A stretch of 64,000 nt of DNA, taken from Vampirovibrionales bacterium. GTDB lineage: Bacteria > Cyanobacteriota > Vampirovibrionia > Vampirovibrionales > JAJTHC01. Both the position numbers and the translations under genes were made by a program. Position 1 is the first letter of the stretch; each line of letters opens with the position of its first letter. The notes under the pieces were generated by a model, which made no database searches, was not told where the DNA came from, and saw only the letters and a program-made list of their open reading frames with translations. The stretch spans positions 66,980 to 130,979 of the forward strand of contig JBIKTR010000004.1 of assembly GCA_044348005.1 (NCBI GenBank), given 5' to 3'. Positions 47,001-56,120 of this stretch are shown in pieces.

Positions 47001-47810
47001 AGTAGCGTCAACGTCAACTATCAAGCGCGTTTAAAGTACAGTTTGAATGACCGCGTCAAGTTCCAAATGGGTTCACGGCGTTCACCGCTTGAAACCAGTT
47101 TCTTGTCATACGCAGGGTTCACGCCTAAAAATGGTAGTTTGGCGGGGGAATTGATCGGTCAGGTGCGTGAAACCACTCTTTTTGCGGAAGCAAACGTGGT
47201 GCCCTGGAAAAATTGGGACTTAAACATGGCCTATGAATTTGGGCTAGTCAATGGTAAAAATGTTCAACGTAACACGAAAAACCAAGTGTATGCCAGTCTT
47301 GGTTACAACTGGCAGTATGCTAAAAATCATGCCGTTCGCTTGGCGTATGAATCCCTGTTCTTTGGCTATGCCAAAAATGCGACACTGGGCTATTATAACC
47401 AGTTTACCACCTTGCCTCAGTTGGTTTCAGCGCAAGCCCCGCTTGAAGCAACACCTAAGGGATACATTCTAGGCGGGTACTTTTCGCCAGATACCTTTTT
47501 CTTAAACGATTTACGCCTTGATTTTAGAGGCAGTTGCTTAAACAAGTTCATTGAATACAAGTTAGGTGGAAGTATCGGGGTACAGACTCAAAACCCTGGG
47601 ATTCCAGGGCAGGCTAATGCCACCGGTGCGGCTTATTCAGGCAACAGTCAACTCACCTTTAACCTCAATGAAGCCGTTTCCCTTTACGGCGTGGTGGACT
47701 ACTTAGACACGGGCGGGGTATTTTCTCGCTGGCGTTTAGGTGGGGGGTTGATTTACCGCCCAGCTATTCGAGGCATGATGCCCGTGATCGGTTCAAAAAT
47801 CGACGACTAA
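44025..47810 (+). CDS. Large TPR-repeat outer-membrane protein with C-terminal beta-rich (porin-like) domain, BcsC/PgaA-like architecture
   Basis: Signal peptide; ~700 aa of TPR helices; Ser/Gln-rich linker; ~450 aa of Y/G/N-rich alternating strands; no partner synthase genes nearby. Confidence 0.65.
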   Translation: MFSPFVNPLLCKKTAQTLGAVLGVTALLVGGFEHALAASSLPASAQSGVRLYNRGLVAQSLKVFRSTVKRNPTNALAYTWLGKAYKKQGGQTNQALAIQAFETALELDPTEATALKELAELYSWDPNKRAEATRLLQQYVSLKPQDYSAEKQLAMLYIWQGLYEKATPYVEHVQAYYPKDAPFLTAYAQYLTYTGRPYEAVELYEGPLKAHSANAGVNLRQAYVAALVKSGQTAQARTIYRQMLSASEVNGRLDDTVLNALAGMAYELGDFEEALSIDKELLHSTKVDAVQITFRMARSYQHLGHYEKALTLFGELHHQGRLNTNEKIEYADVLTEARAKGVTGVDPSHIEEIFHEALKTTNDKVGLSLRLARLYATQADESANAVNYFIYAAERDATGKAKTELIDFLKSLAENPAANVQEAYSKALHSFPNDPELTGVYAEYLSWNEATRPQALEQFLKLAQTQPKVSKAYAEKVEQTLVWHQAKREYVTWYELLGQAYPTIHAHKLALARAYWQDKSATPNVEKAYSLYNELMPLYGKDPKFVNEFAGLLSQSPDKKMKARGLALVEGLYLQNPTDLGLTLAYAKQLSYSGKQSHAIKLFDKVLSHSPQSRDALVGKANAYLWNSENYKAIKLLNQARQTYPHDSEILHSLAEAYKAIGRYDKALAIMKESKQIQPVTPSSISDAFLETKGAESNQGFMDALKPESEASNLSSNTSTLRQPGRNKIVDFESTEAYPLIVWEDAASDVLPQTQRTTHPTPLIPQPLGMDETFATLHRLQQQSSQQLERLHTKVNVLSDMAPGQAEVTGVRLNKPDQSAFASGFHTALSNQSHVQDLATYGVLGELNAQEDVELGMGQTIISDEDPAVGNYVGGRGDLFQLDKLTDLNRDIKEAMRPTFRTGFLYTSQDGEDTTNKLRHWIVPNQISFNLTPNVRMRAGYAVRNLMIPAIRDYNLNPRSTMAHQYSLGTSFALTDKLSFDGDASLENYTQSSSVNVNYQARLKYSLNDRVKFQMGSRRSPLETSFLSYAGFTPKNGSLAGELIGQVRETTLFAEANVVPWKNWDLNMAYEFGLVNGKNVQRNTKNQVYASLGYNWQYAKNHAVRLAYESLFFGYAKNATLGYYNQFTTLPQLVSAQAPLEATPKGYILGGYFSPDTFFLNDLRLDFRGSCLNKFIEYKLGGSIGVQTQNPGIPGQANATGAAYSGNSQLTFNLNEAVSLYGVVDYLDTGGVFSRWRLGGGLIYRPAIRGMMPVIGSKIDD

Positions 47811-47811
47811 A

Positions 47812-47850
47812 CCAATTTAAGGGAAGGAATACACCTTCCCTTTTTAGCTT
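47812..47850 (+). terminator. Intrinsic terminator after the TPR-OMP gene
   Basis: aagggaagg-aatacac-cttccctt stem followed by TTTT. Confidence 0.55.
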
Positions 47851-48125
47851 TATTGATTTAGCATAGCGAGGATACAGAGAAAGTCGGTTGTTTTTGGTAA
47901 AATAAGGGTATAACCATTAAATGGGCATAATCCGCAAGTGGTGAAAGCGTGGGCTATTACGGCAGGGGCAGGATCCATTTTCTGCTTCAATGAAGCCGTG
48001 GCCTTGGTGGGTTCCTTGTATTCGTCGATTACGCGCTCTCTCCACTTGGGGCATCGTCAGGATCACGAAATGAGGCTTTCGCAGAGCTTTCTATAGTAAT
48101 TTAGGGCAAAGAAACAAAAAATGGA

Positions 48126-49823
48126 CTAAAGGCCTGCGTTTACTGTAGAACGAGGCGTTGCATCAGACGTTTGCAGGGCATCCTGCTCAAAGCCATTTCG
48201 ATCAAAAATAGGCATCCATAACGTAAACACTGAACCACGTTGTTCTTGGCTTTCAAGTGTAATACCCCCCCCGTGTTGATGCATAATTTGTTGAGCCAAG
48301 TAAAGGCCCAAACCACTTCCACTATTTCGTTTACGTCGGGTTCCTTGTGAAAAACGTTGAAACAAATGGGCTTGATCTTCTAGGGGGATCCCTTGGCCGT
48401 TGTCTCTAATGTCAATGCTTAACCAGCCCAACCATGCTTCAGGCGGGGTTAAGTCGTCTTCTGAAAAGCCTCGCCAAGGGGTTGAAGTGCTCGGCTTGAG
48501 TTGGACAGAGACGTCTACCTGCGTGCCTTCAGGCGTATGTTTAAGGGCATTGCCGATTAAATTCGTTAAAACGCGCTTAATTTCCAAAACATCGCCAAAC
48601 AGCAAATGAGTTTCGCTTAAAGGGCTGGGCAAGAACGTTAAGGCGTGCTGACGCTCTTCGGCCAAGGGAGCCAACGTTTCAACCACTTGCTCAATGGCAT
48701 GTAACAGGTTGAACTCTTGTAACACAAGCGTTTGACGACCAGATTCATAACGGTAGACGTCCAACAACGTGTTGACGAGATTTAACAAATCCTGGTGATT
48801 TTCACTCATCACGTGAAGCATGTCCAACTGTTGGGCGGTGGGCGGACCAAACTTACCTTGTCTAAAAAAGTCGTAAAATTGAAGAGTCGACTGCAAAGGC
48901 GTGCGTAAATCATGGGTCAGGGTGGCCACAAAGTCTTGCCTTAATTCATCTAATTTTCGACGTTGCGTCACATCTCGAAAAACCCACAAACTACGCCCTT
49001 CTGCATGAGGCAATTCGCTGCCGAGGGCTTCAATAGGGCGTTGACTCTGTTGCATACGCGTTTCTAAGTAATAGGGTTCTTGCTTTTCAAACGCGTGCCT
49101 AGCTTCTTCTATCCGTAAATTGGCCACCCATTGCATGACGGGTGTTTCTTTCAACACAGGTGCTTTTTTATCTTGCGCTTGCTTCACCCATTTTTTAAAA
49201 ACAGGGTTGCATAGTTCCACACAACCCGTGCGGTCTAACACAACAATGGCATCGGCACTATGATTGAAAATGGCTTCAAGCTCTGCTTTGGCTTCTTCAA
49301 GCGATTCGGTGCGTTTGGCCACGGTTTCTTCAAGAACCAGATTATAATTTTTTAGGGTGGAATTGAGTTTATTGACTTTTTTTAGGGTGTTTTCAAGGCC
49401 TCTAACCAAGCGCTGACGTTCAAGGGCTTGTTCAATAGTGGCTTGAAGTTGGGCGTTGTCCCACGGTTTTTCAAGGTAACGATAAATACCCACTTCGTTA
49501 ATGGCAGCAATGGCATTTTCTTTGTCTGCATAACCCGTCAGTAAAATCGTTTCAACATTGGGCAATTTGGCCTTCACTTGTTTTAAAAACTCAATCCCCG
49601 TTAATGGAGGCATGTTAAAATCGCTGACCACCACATCAGGACGAATACTTTCAAGCGCAGCAAGGGCGTCAAGGGGGTTATTATGACTCACAATGTCATG
49701 CGGGGTTTCAAGCATTAGGTAGCTTTCAATGCTTGAAGTTACGATGTGTTCATCGTCCACCAGTAAAATTTTGGCCGATTGTTGACGCAATTGCACTAAC
49801 ATTTCTTCAATGTTAAGACTCAT
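48126..49823 (-). CDS. Hybrid signalling protein: N-terminal receiver, PAS, HisKA, HATPase
   Basis: REC (LLVDDE...SDFNMP...KPW); H-box LTHDLRTPL; G-box GSGLGLYLAQQI. Confidence 0.85.
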   Translation of the reverse strand: MSLNIEEMLVQLRQQSAKILLVDDEHIVTSSIESYLMLETPHDIVSHNNPLDALAALESIRPDVVVSDFNMPPLTGIEFLKQVKAKLPNVETILLTGYADKENAIAAINEVGIYRYLEKPWDNAQLQATIEQALERQRLVRGLENTLKKVNKLNSTLKNYNLVLEETVAKRTESLEEAKAELEAIFNHSADAIVVLDRTGCVELCNPVFKKWVKQAQDKKAPVLKETPVMQWVANLRIEEARHAFEKQEPYYLETRMQQSQRPIEALGSELPHAEGRSLWVFRDVTQRRKLDELRQDFVATLTHDLRTPLQSTLQFYDFFRQGKFGPPTAQQLDMLHVMSENHQDLLNLVNTLLDVYRYESGRQTLVLQEFNLLHAIEQVVETLAPLAEERQHALTFLPSPLSETHLLFGDVLEIKRVLTNLIGNALKHTPEGTQVDVSVQLKPSTSTPWRGFSEDDLTPPEAWLGWLSIDIRDNGQGIPLEDQAHLFQRFSQGTRRKRNSGSGLGLYLAQQIMHQHGGGITLESQEQRGSVFTLWMPIFDRNGFEQDALQTSDATPRSTVNAGL

Positions 49824-49996
49824 AAAAACCTCGTTTGAGTGGGTGGCCTAAAAGGAACCCGACTTGCATAAGAACTATTGAGTAGTTTAACAAGTTTTTA
49901 CAAATATGGCAAAAATCTAGTCCATGTCACATCCACAAATGACTTTTATGCTAGATTAAAAGGATGACTGTATAGAAAAACGGAGACTTCCCCATC

Positions 49997-50809
49997 ATGT
50001 TTTTTTTAGAAACCCTTGACACGCCGAGTCAAAAAGCCTTACAAGACTTAACCAAAGACTTTGACCCCCAAAAACCAACCCTACTCGTTTACAGTGGGCC
50101 TTCAGGCGTAGGGAAAGGGGTGCTGCGTAACGCCCTTTACACGGGCCACAGTGATTACGGCAAGGGCTATAAAGGCGTGCCGTGGCAACACTTTCAAGCG
50201 ACTGTTTCCGCCACAACTCGCCCCGCCAGGTCTTGTGAAACAGAAGGGGTGGACTATTATTTTTTAAATAGCGAACGTTTTAATCAAAAGCTAAAAACGG
50301 ACGACTTTCTTGAATGGAAGGCTTCAGGTTCTGGAGACCTGTACGGTACCCTTAAAAGTGAAATAGATCGTATTGCTCAACTGGGTTTATTGCCTGTTTT
50401 AGAAATTGAAACAGAAGGCAAGAAAGAAATCGACAAACTGAAGTCTATGTACAATGTGTTGAGTCTATTTATTTTACCCCCTGCTCAGGAAGATCTGATA
50501 CTCAAACAAGAACTTTCTGCTCAGGTGGGTATTATGCTTTCAGAACAACCCACCCTAAAGCGTTTACTTCAAGCCCTTAATACCCCTGAACTTTCAGCCC
50601 AACTAACAACGCTCTACAGTCGCTTGAATCATCGCAGTACTGAAAACAAGGCCAAACGTTTTTTACGATTAACAAAAGCCGTTGAAGAACTCAAAGAAGC
50701 CCCCCATTACGATGTCGTCCTCGTCAATGACACCTTAAAGGAAGCCGTTCCTAAAGTGCAAGCCGTGTTTGAAGCCGTGTATAACGGCAGTCACCTACAC
50801 AACCACTAA
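49997..50809 (+). CDS. gmk: Guanylate kinase with N-terminal extension and internal insertion
   Basis: P-loop SGPSGVGKG; TTRPAR...EGVDYYF; 270 aa versus ~200 typical. Confidence 0.7.
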   Translation: MFFLETLDTPSQKALQDLTKDFDPQKPTLLVYSGPSGVGKGVLRNALYTGHSDYGKGYKGVPWQHFQATVSATTRPARSCETEGVDYYFLNSERFNQKLKTDDFLEWKASGSGDLYGTLKSEIDRIAQLGLLPVLEIETEGKKEIDKLKSMYNVLSLFILPPAQEDLILKQELSAQVGIMLSEQPTLKRLLQALNTPELSAQLTTLYSRLNHRSTENKAKRFLRLTKAVEELKEAPHYDVVLVNDTLKEAVPKVQAVFEAVYNGSHLHNH

Positions 50810-52557
50810 AACGACGCATTTCTAGCTTGGCGAAGTCGGGGTTTGCGTGGTTTGCGAGGGGGCTTTGGGCAGGCGTTTGGTAAAATAGCCTTCGGCAATT
50901 GTGCCATCGATTCTTGAAGAGACACCAGCGTGATGGCCTCTTCGGCCCGAATTAAAGGGGCTTCATCTAGTCGATCGTCGCCAGATTTGATCCATCGAAT
51001 GGCCTTGGCTTCGAGTTGGTAAGGCTGGCTTGGCGTGGGTGAAGACGTCAGTTGCTGGGAAATACTGATAAAATTTTGGCGTTCCAATTGTTCTAAATAA
51101 AGGGAAATTCGAAACGCCCCTTCTTGCTTAAAGCTTCCAAAACTAGGCAAGCCTTGCACCCATTCACGCACGCCCATAGGAACAGGGGCTAAATCCCCAC
51201 ACAACACCCCCATCACCGTGTCAGGCAAGGCCTTTTCCTTTAATCGATGAATCACCGAAAAGGCATGCTTCATCAATAACGCCGATTCATGATAAACAGC
51301 AGGACGCGTTTGGCAGACGTCGCAACCCGTGCAGCGCTTGCTTTTGAGCGTCTGCCCAAAGTGATCCAAAATCAATTGATGTCGACATGTTGCACTGTCG
51401 GTATACATCAGCATATTCCATAGGCGCTGGGTGGATTCCCCATTTTTTTGGAGTAGATTCGTCCAACTGCGTTCGTCGCTAGAGCGTTTGAATAAATAAC
51501 ACGTGGCTGGTAGGCCGTCGCGTCCTGCTCGGCCGGCTTCTTGCACATAACCTTCTAGCGATTGAGGCATGCTGGCATGAATCACAAAGCGAATATCCGC
51601 GCGATCAATCCCCATGCCAAAGGCCGTGGTGGCCACCATAATGTTTACTTTACCTTGCATAAAGGCGTCTTGGTTTTGACTGCGTAAGGCATCAGGCAAA
51701 CCCGCGTGGTAGGCCTTGGCATTAAAGCCATTGACTTGCAAAGCCAGGGCCATGTCTTCTACATCTTTACGGCTTAGGCAGTATATAATGCCAGCTTGTT
51801 CTTTACGCCCTTGAAGAATGGGCAAGACCTGATCTTGTAAGAATTCTGCCAAACGCCCAGAACGTTGAAGCACCTTATACGCGAGGTTGGCTCTAAACAT
51901 GGACGATTGAAACCGTTTGGGGGTATTGAGTTTAAGGCTGGTTTCAATGTCTTGCACCACGGGACGAGGGGCGGTGGCCGTAAAGGCGTGAATCGCTAAA
52001 TGCGGAAAGGTTTCACGCAAGCCCCCTAGTTTTTGATAATCAGGGCGAAACTGATGCCCCCATTGGCTAATGCAGTGGGCTTCATCAATCGCGATGTAGG
52101 CCAACTGCCCATGCTGTTTTAGGGCCATTATAAATGAAGGGTTGGCCATTTTTTCAGGAGACACATAAAGCAGTTGCAGATCACCGTTTTGATATCGCGA
52201 AAAAGTGTCTCGACGCTCTTCAAGCGATTGCGACGAATTGAGGCAACCCACGCTAAACCCTTTTTGCTGGGCTTGTTGCACTTGATCTTCCATTAAAGCA
52301 ATTAACGGACTAATAATAAGAGCCGTACGTTTTGGAAAAAAGAGAATGGGCAATTGAAAGCAAAGGGATTTTCCGCCCCCTGTAGGAAAGAGGGTAACGC
52401 TGTCTTGCCGCGTGAGCACGGCTTCAATGCTTTCAAGCTGTAAGGCTCTAAAATCGTCATAGCCCCAGTGGTGCTGAAGCGCCTTGAGCAAATCGCCCCG
52501 ATGAATAGAAAGGGAGGCGGGAGTGGTATGATTCAACGCATCGAGTAATGCCGACAA
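50806..52557 (-). CDS. recQ: ATP-dependent DNA helicase RecQ
   Basis: Helicase motif I TGGGKSL, DEAH box (IDEAHCISQWGHQFRPDY), RecQ zinc-binding CRHQ...CDVC. Confidence 0.9.
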   Translation of the reverse strand: MSALLDALNHTTPASLSIHRGDLLKALQHHWGYDDFRALQLESIEAVLTRQDSVTLFPTGGGKSLCFQLPILFFPKRTALIISPLIALMEDQVQQAQQKGFSVGCLNSSQSLEERRDTFSRYQNGDLQLLYVSPEKMANPSFIMALKQHGQLAYIAIDEAHCISQWGHQFRPDYQKLGGLRETFPHLAIHAFTATAPRPVVQDIETSLKLNTPKRFQSSMFRANLAYKVLQRSGRLAEFLQDQVLPILQGRKEQAGIIYCLSRKDVEDMALALQVNGFNAKAYHAGLPDALRSQNQDAFMQGKVNIMVATTAFGMGIDRADIRFVIHASMPQSLEGYVQEAGRAGRDGLPATCYLFKRSSDERSWTNLLQKNGESTQRLWNMLMYTDSATCRHQLILDHFGQTLKSKRCTGCDVCQTRPAVYHESALLMKHAFSVIHRLKEKALPDTVMGVLCGDLAPVPMGVREWVQGLPSFGSFKQEGAFRISLYLEQLERQNFISISQQLTSSPTPSQPYQLEAKAIRWIKSGDDRLDEAPLIRAEEAITLVSLQESMAQLPKAILPNACPKPPRKPRKPRLRQARNASF

Positions 52558-52567
52558 GGGAAAGTGT

Positions 52568-52628
52568 CCTTCTTTAGTGTGTGCGTTAAGTGTGAACCTT
52601 AAGTGTGAACCTTAAGTGCCGAACCTTA
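52568..52628. repeat. Tandem 13-bp repeat (gaaccttaagtgt, ~4.5 copies) in the recQ upstream region
   Basis: cgttaagtgt gaaccttaagtgt gaaccttaagtgcc gaaccttaagtgt read directly. Confidence 0.8.
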
Positions 52629-52780
52629 AGTGTAGCACAAGCGATAAAAATAAGGGAATGGCCAAGAAAACGTCTTTTTTCGGGCAAACCTAAAACGTGA
52701 CGTTGTAAAAAAGGTAAAAGCATGCTAGACTGATTCCTGTGTTTATGTTTCCTCAAGTCATGCGATAGGAAGTCTTCACC

Positions 52781-53128
52781 ATGGCGATGTATAAAAAGCT
52801 CCTGCCTTTGCTTAATCGTTTTGTGTATTTGAGACAAGGCTACTTTAACCGCTATTACGAAGGCAAGCTCCTTGAAGTCACCCCAGACACCCTTACCATT
52901 CAAGCCTATGACGAGCAAGGTCGTCCTGAAGCGGAATGGGTCATTACGCTGTCTACCATCACCGAATTTATGGTGGGCGATCGGGATTTAGACGAGTTAA
53001 ACATCAAGGTGTGCTTGGCTAAAACCGTTGAACAAGCCGAACTCAATGATTCTGCTGAAGCGTATGCGTCTTACGAGCGAATGAAGCAGTCGGTGACGTC
53101 AAACACGGGCCACCCTGAAGGCTTTTAA
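52781..53128 (+). CDS. Hypothetical protein (115 aa)
   Basis: ATG with AGGAAG RBS; precedes the neuB-like gene by 12 bp; no domain recognised. Confidence 0.4.
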   Translation: MAMYKKLLPLLNRFVYLRQGYFNRYYEGKLLEVTPDTLTIQAYDEQGRPEAEWVITLSTITEFMVGDRDLDELNIKVCLAKTVEQAELNDSAEAYASYERMKQSVTSNTGHPEGF

Positions 53129-53140
53129 AGGGACTTTTTC

Positions 53141-54217
53141 ATGTTTTCCTTTAGCGCACTTACTCAAGCCCAAGTCTATATCATTGCTGAAGCGGGGGTC
53201 AATCACGACGGTTCGCTTGAAAAAGCCCTTGCTTTGGTGGATGCCGCCATTTACGCCCAAGCCAACGCCGTCAAATTCCAACTGTTTAATCCGTATGAAC
53301 TTGCCACGGCTTCCGCGCACAAGGCGGACTACCAACTTGCAAATGAAGCTTCGCCAGAAGGGGATGAATCCCAACAAGCCATGCTTGAACGCTTATGGCT
53401 GAATGCTGAAGCGTTGAAAAAAGTGCAAGCCTACGCCCATAGTAAAGGGATTGATTTTTTATGTTCGCCCTTTGATGCAGAGAGTGCCAACGCCCTTGTC
53501 GAACGTTTTCAACTCCCTTTTGTAAAACTAGGCAGTGGGGAATTGACGAATTTTCCATTATTAAAACGACTGGCCCTAAAAGGGGTTCCGCTCTTACTTT
53601 CTACAGGCATGGCAAACCTGAAGGATGTTCAACGCACCCACGAGTTCTTGGCCCCCTTTTACGGGTTTCGCTTTAGTGATGCCGTCGCTTTTATGCATTG
53701 CACCAGTCAATACCCTGCGGATCTTGAAACATTGAACCTAAAAGCCTTACGCACCCTTCAAGACGCCTTTTCAGGCCACGTGATTGGCTATTCGGATCAC
53801 TCCCTTTCCGTGACCGAAGTTCCCGCTACCGCCGTGGGCTTAGGGGCCAGAATTTATGAAAAACACCTCACCCTTGACGCTTCAGCCAAAACGGGGCCAG
53901 ATCACCAAGCATCCCTTGAACCTCAAGCGTTTAAACACTTGGTGAAAACCATTCGCAACGCCGAACTCACGCTAGGAAACGGAATTAAAGAAGCCCACGC
54001 CTGCGAAAGAAACACGTCTGAAGTGGCGCGTAAAAGCCTTGTGCTGAATGTGGATGTCCCCGCAGGCACCGTGCTTGAAGAAGCGCATCTCACCACCAAG
54101 CGCCCCGGAACGGGGCTTTGTGCGTCTCGCTATTATGACGTATTAGGTCAACGCACCAAGTACGCCTTAAGCGCCGACACCGTGCTACAGGCCGACATGT
54201 TGGAAGACGACGCCTAA
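53141..54217 (+). CDS. N-acetylneuraminate (nonulosonic acid) synthase family protein
   Basis: NeuB N-terminal TIM barrel (IIAEAGVNHDGSLEKA, KFQ) and C-terminal SAF domain. Confidence 0.85.
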   Translation: MFSFSALTQAQVYIIAEAGVNHDGSLEKALALVDAAIYAQANAVKFQLFNPYELATASAHKADYQLANEASPEGDESQQAMLERLWLNAEALKKVQAYAHSKGIDFLCSPFDAESANALVERFQLPFVKLGSGELTNFPLLKRLALKGVPLLLSTGMANLKDVQRTHEFLAPFYGFRFSDAVAFMHCTSQYPADLETLNLKALRTLQDAFSGHVIGYSDHSLSVTEVPATAVGLGARIYEKHLTLDASAKTGPDHQASLEPQAFKHLVKTIRNAELTLGNGIKEAHACERNTSEVARKSLVLNVDVPAGTVLEEAHLTTKRPGTGLCASRYYDVLGQRTKYALSADTVLQADMLEDDA

Positions 54218-54522
54218 TGCCTACTTACGGCTATGTGTGTAGCAACTTGGCGTGCTTACATACGTTTAGCATCCACCGCTTAGCCCGTGAAAGTCATTTA
54301 ATCACCTTCTGCCCCCAGTGCCACGCCTTGGCCGAACGAGACCCCAACGATTATAAACGCATTCGTTTAAAGCGCCTTCGTGCTTCTTTGCCTCAAGAAG
54401 CGTTTGAAACGTCGCCACAAAGCCCTGAACACGTACATGGTGAAAACTGTTCTTGCGCCTTAAATAAGGATTGGCACGCCTACGTCAAGCTTCGATTGGC
54501 AGAAGATTCTCCTGATATATAG
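54217..54522 (+). CDS. FmdB-like zinc-ribbon protein
   Basis: MPTYGYVCSNLAC...FCPQCH two-CxxC pattern with Y.Y.C N-terminus; start overlaps the previous stop. Confidence 0.5.
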   Translation: MPTYGYVCSNLACLHTFSIHRLARESHLITFCPQCHALAERDPNDYKRIRLKRLRASLPQEAFETSPQSPEHVHGENCSCALNKDWHAYVKLRLAEDSPDI

Positions 54523-54524
54523 TA

Positions 54525-54740
54525 TCCGATAGATAAAACGGTCTGTGGTCTCTTCGTTGTCGCTACGATTCTCGATGTGCTTATGGTCGTCTTTGTAGAC
54601 TTCACACATCTGCGAGTCTAGGCTCCTAGAATAGCCTACTGTACGAAAAACTCTAAACTTGGCTATATACCCATTAAACGATATAAAATACTATTTGCGT
54701 GAAAGGGGCTTTTCAGTTAGGATGGTAAAACCTAAAAAAA
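54525..54740. repeat. Family C dispersed repeat (inverted relative to 39640-39835)
   Basis: gataaaacggtctgtggtctcttcgttgtcgctacga and ctaggctcctagaatagcc are reverse complements of motifs at 39700-39830. Confidence 0.55.
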
Positions 54741-54759
54741 GTATGGAGAAGACCGTTCA

Positions 54760-55980
54760 ATGTTTAACGATCCCGCAGAAATCAATGAAGTTGGTGTGGT
54801 TCATTACCCTGATTTAGACCATCACGTCCGTATATTTGACACCACCTTAAGAGACGGCGAACAATCGGCAGGGGCATCTTTACACCCTTATGAAAAATTA
54901 CAAATTGCCAAAAATCTTGAAAAATTGCGGGTGGACATCATTGAAGCGGGCTTTCCAGCCTCTTCAGAACAAGACTTTAATTCTGTTCGTGAAATTGCGG
55001 CCACCATTGAGTATTCAACCGTTGCTGGCTTGGCTCGGTGTAAACAATCAGACATTCAAGCCGTCTGGGATGCTGTAAAAATCGCCAAAAAACCTCGCAT
55101 CCACACGTTTATTGCGACCTCTGACATTCACATTGAAGCCAAATTCAACAAAACCCGTGAAGAAGTGTTGAATATGGCTGTTGAACACGTAAGGTTTGCC
55201 AAAAGTTTGTGTAACGACATTGAGTTTAGTGCCGAAGACGCAGGGCGAACGGATCCTGAATACTTATATGCCGTGCTTGAAGCCGTCATTGAAGCAGGCG
55301 CTACAACAGTCAACATACCTGACACCGTGGGCTATACCTTGCCGAATGAGTTTGGTCGTTTAATTTATAACATACGTCATCGTGTTTCTAACATCAACCA
55401 AGCCGTGATTGCCACGCATTGCCATAATGATTTAGGCTTAGCCGTTGCCAATAGCCTAATGGGCGTTATGAATGGGGCGAGACAAGTGGAATGTACGATC
55501 AACGGCATTGGTGAACGGGCGGGTAATGCGGCGATGGAAGAAGTTGTGATGGCCTTGCATGTGCGTCGAGATGTGATGCAAGGCATCCATACGACGGTTA
55601 ATCCGTTGTATTTTTACGAAACCAGTCGCATGGTGAGTGAAATGACCAGTATTGCGGTTCAGCCGAACAAGGCGATTGTTGGACGCAATGCCTTTGCCCA
55701 TGAAAGTGGCATTCATCAAGATGGCTTTCTCAAAAGTAGTCAAACCTACGAAATTATGGAACCTGAAATGGTGGGTGTGGCCGCCACAGATTTACCCCTG
55801 GGGCCACGTTCAGGGCGTGCCGCCTTACGGATGCGTCTTCATGCCTTGGGGTATGATTTAACCCCCCAAGAACTTCAGGCCTTGTTCCCCATTTTTAAGC
55901 GCGTGGCAGACGAAAAAAAACGCGTTGAAAATGAAGAGCTTCAAGCCATACATTCAGAATGGTTGTCGCTTAAGGTTTAA
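54760..55980 (+). CDS. 2-isopropylmalate/homocitrate/citramalate synthase family (HMGL-like) enzyme lacking the LeuA C-terminal regulatory domain
   Basis: [12 protein letters not shown] and HCHNDLGLA catalytic motifs; 406 aa. Confidence 0.8.
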   Translation: MFNDPAEINEVGVVHYPDLDHHVRIFDTTLRDGEQSAGASLHPYEKLQIAKNLEKLRVDIIEAGFPASSEQDFNSVREIAATIEYSTVAGLARCKQSDIQAVWDAVKIAKKPRIHTFIATSDIHIEAKFNKTREEVLNMAVEHVRFAKSLCNDIEFSAEDAGRTDPEYLYAVLEAVIEAGATTVNIPDTVGYTLPNEFGRLIYNIRHRVSNINQAVIATHCHNDLGLAVANSLMGVMNGARQVECTINGIGERAGNAAMEEVVMALHVRRDVMQGIHTTVNPLYFYETSRMVSEMTSIAVQPNKAIVGRNAFAHESGIHQDGFLKSSQTYEIMEPEMVGVAATDLPLGPRSGRAALRMRLHALGYDLTPQELQALFPIFKRVADEKKRVENEELQAIHSEWLSLKV

Positions 55981-55989
55981 TATAGAAGC

Positions 55990-56115
55990 CTCTAAAAAAG
56001 TGGCTTTACTCCCTCTCCCTCTGGGAGAGGGTTGGGGTGAGGGATACGGGATGCCCCGTCAGAGCTGGTGTCCCTCCTCGCGACAACAAAGAGAACATAG
56101 ACCATTTTATCTTTC
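55990..56115. repeat. Inverted R1 element with GWGEGYGMPRQSW extension plus a family C fragment
   Basis: 55996-56045 is the reverse complement of R1; 56070-56110 cgcgacaacaaagagaacatagaccattttatc resembles 39790-39826. Confidence 0.7.
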
Positions 56116-56120
56116 GAACA

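Noticed and set aside
47940-48110. Possible small RNA or riboswitch in the 300-bp gap between the TPR-OMP terminator and the hybrid kinase stop
   Set aside because: No recognisable riboswitch consensus, no strong hairpins beyond the terminator, and both flanking genes end here (3' ends), so a regulatory leader is unlikely.
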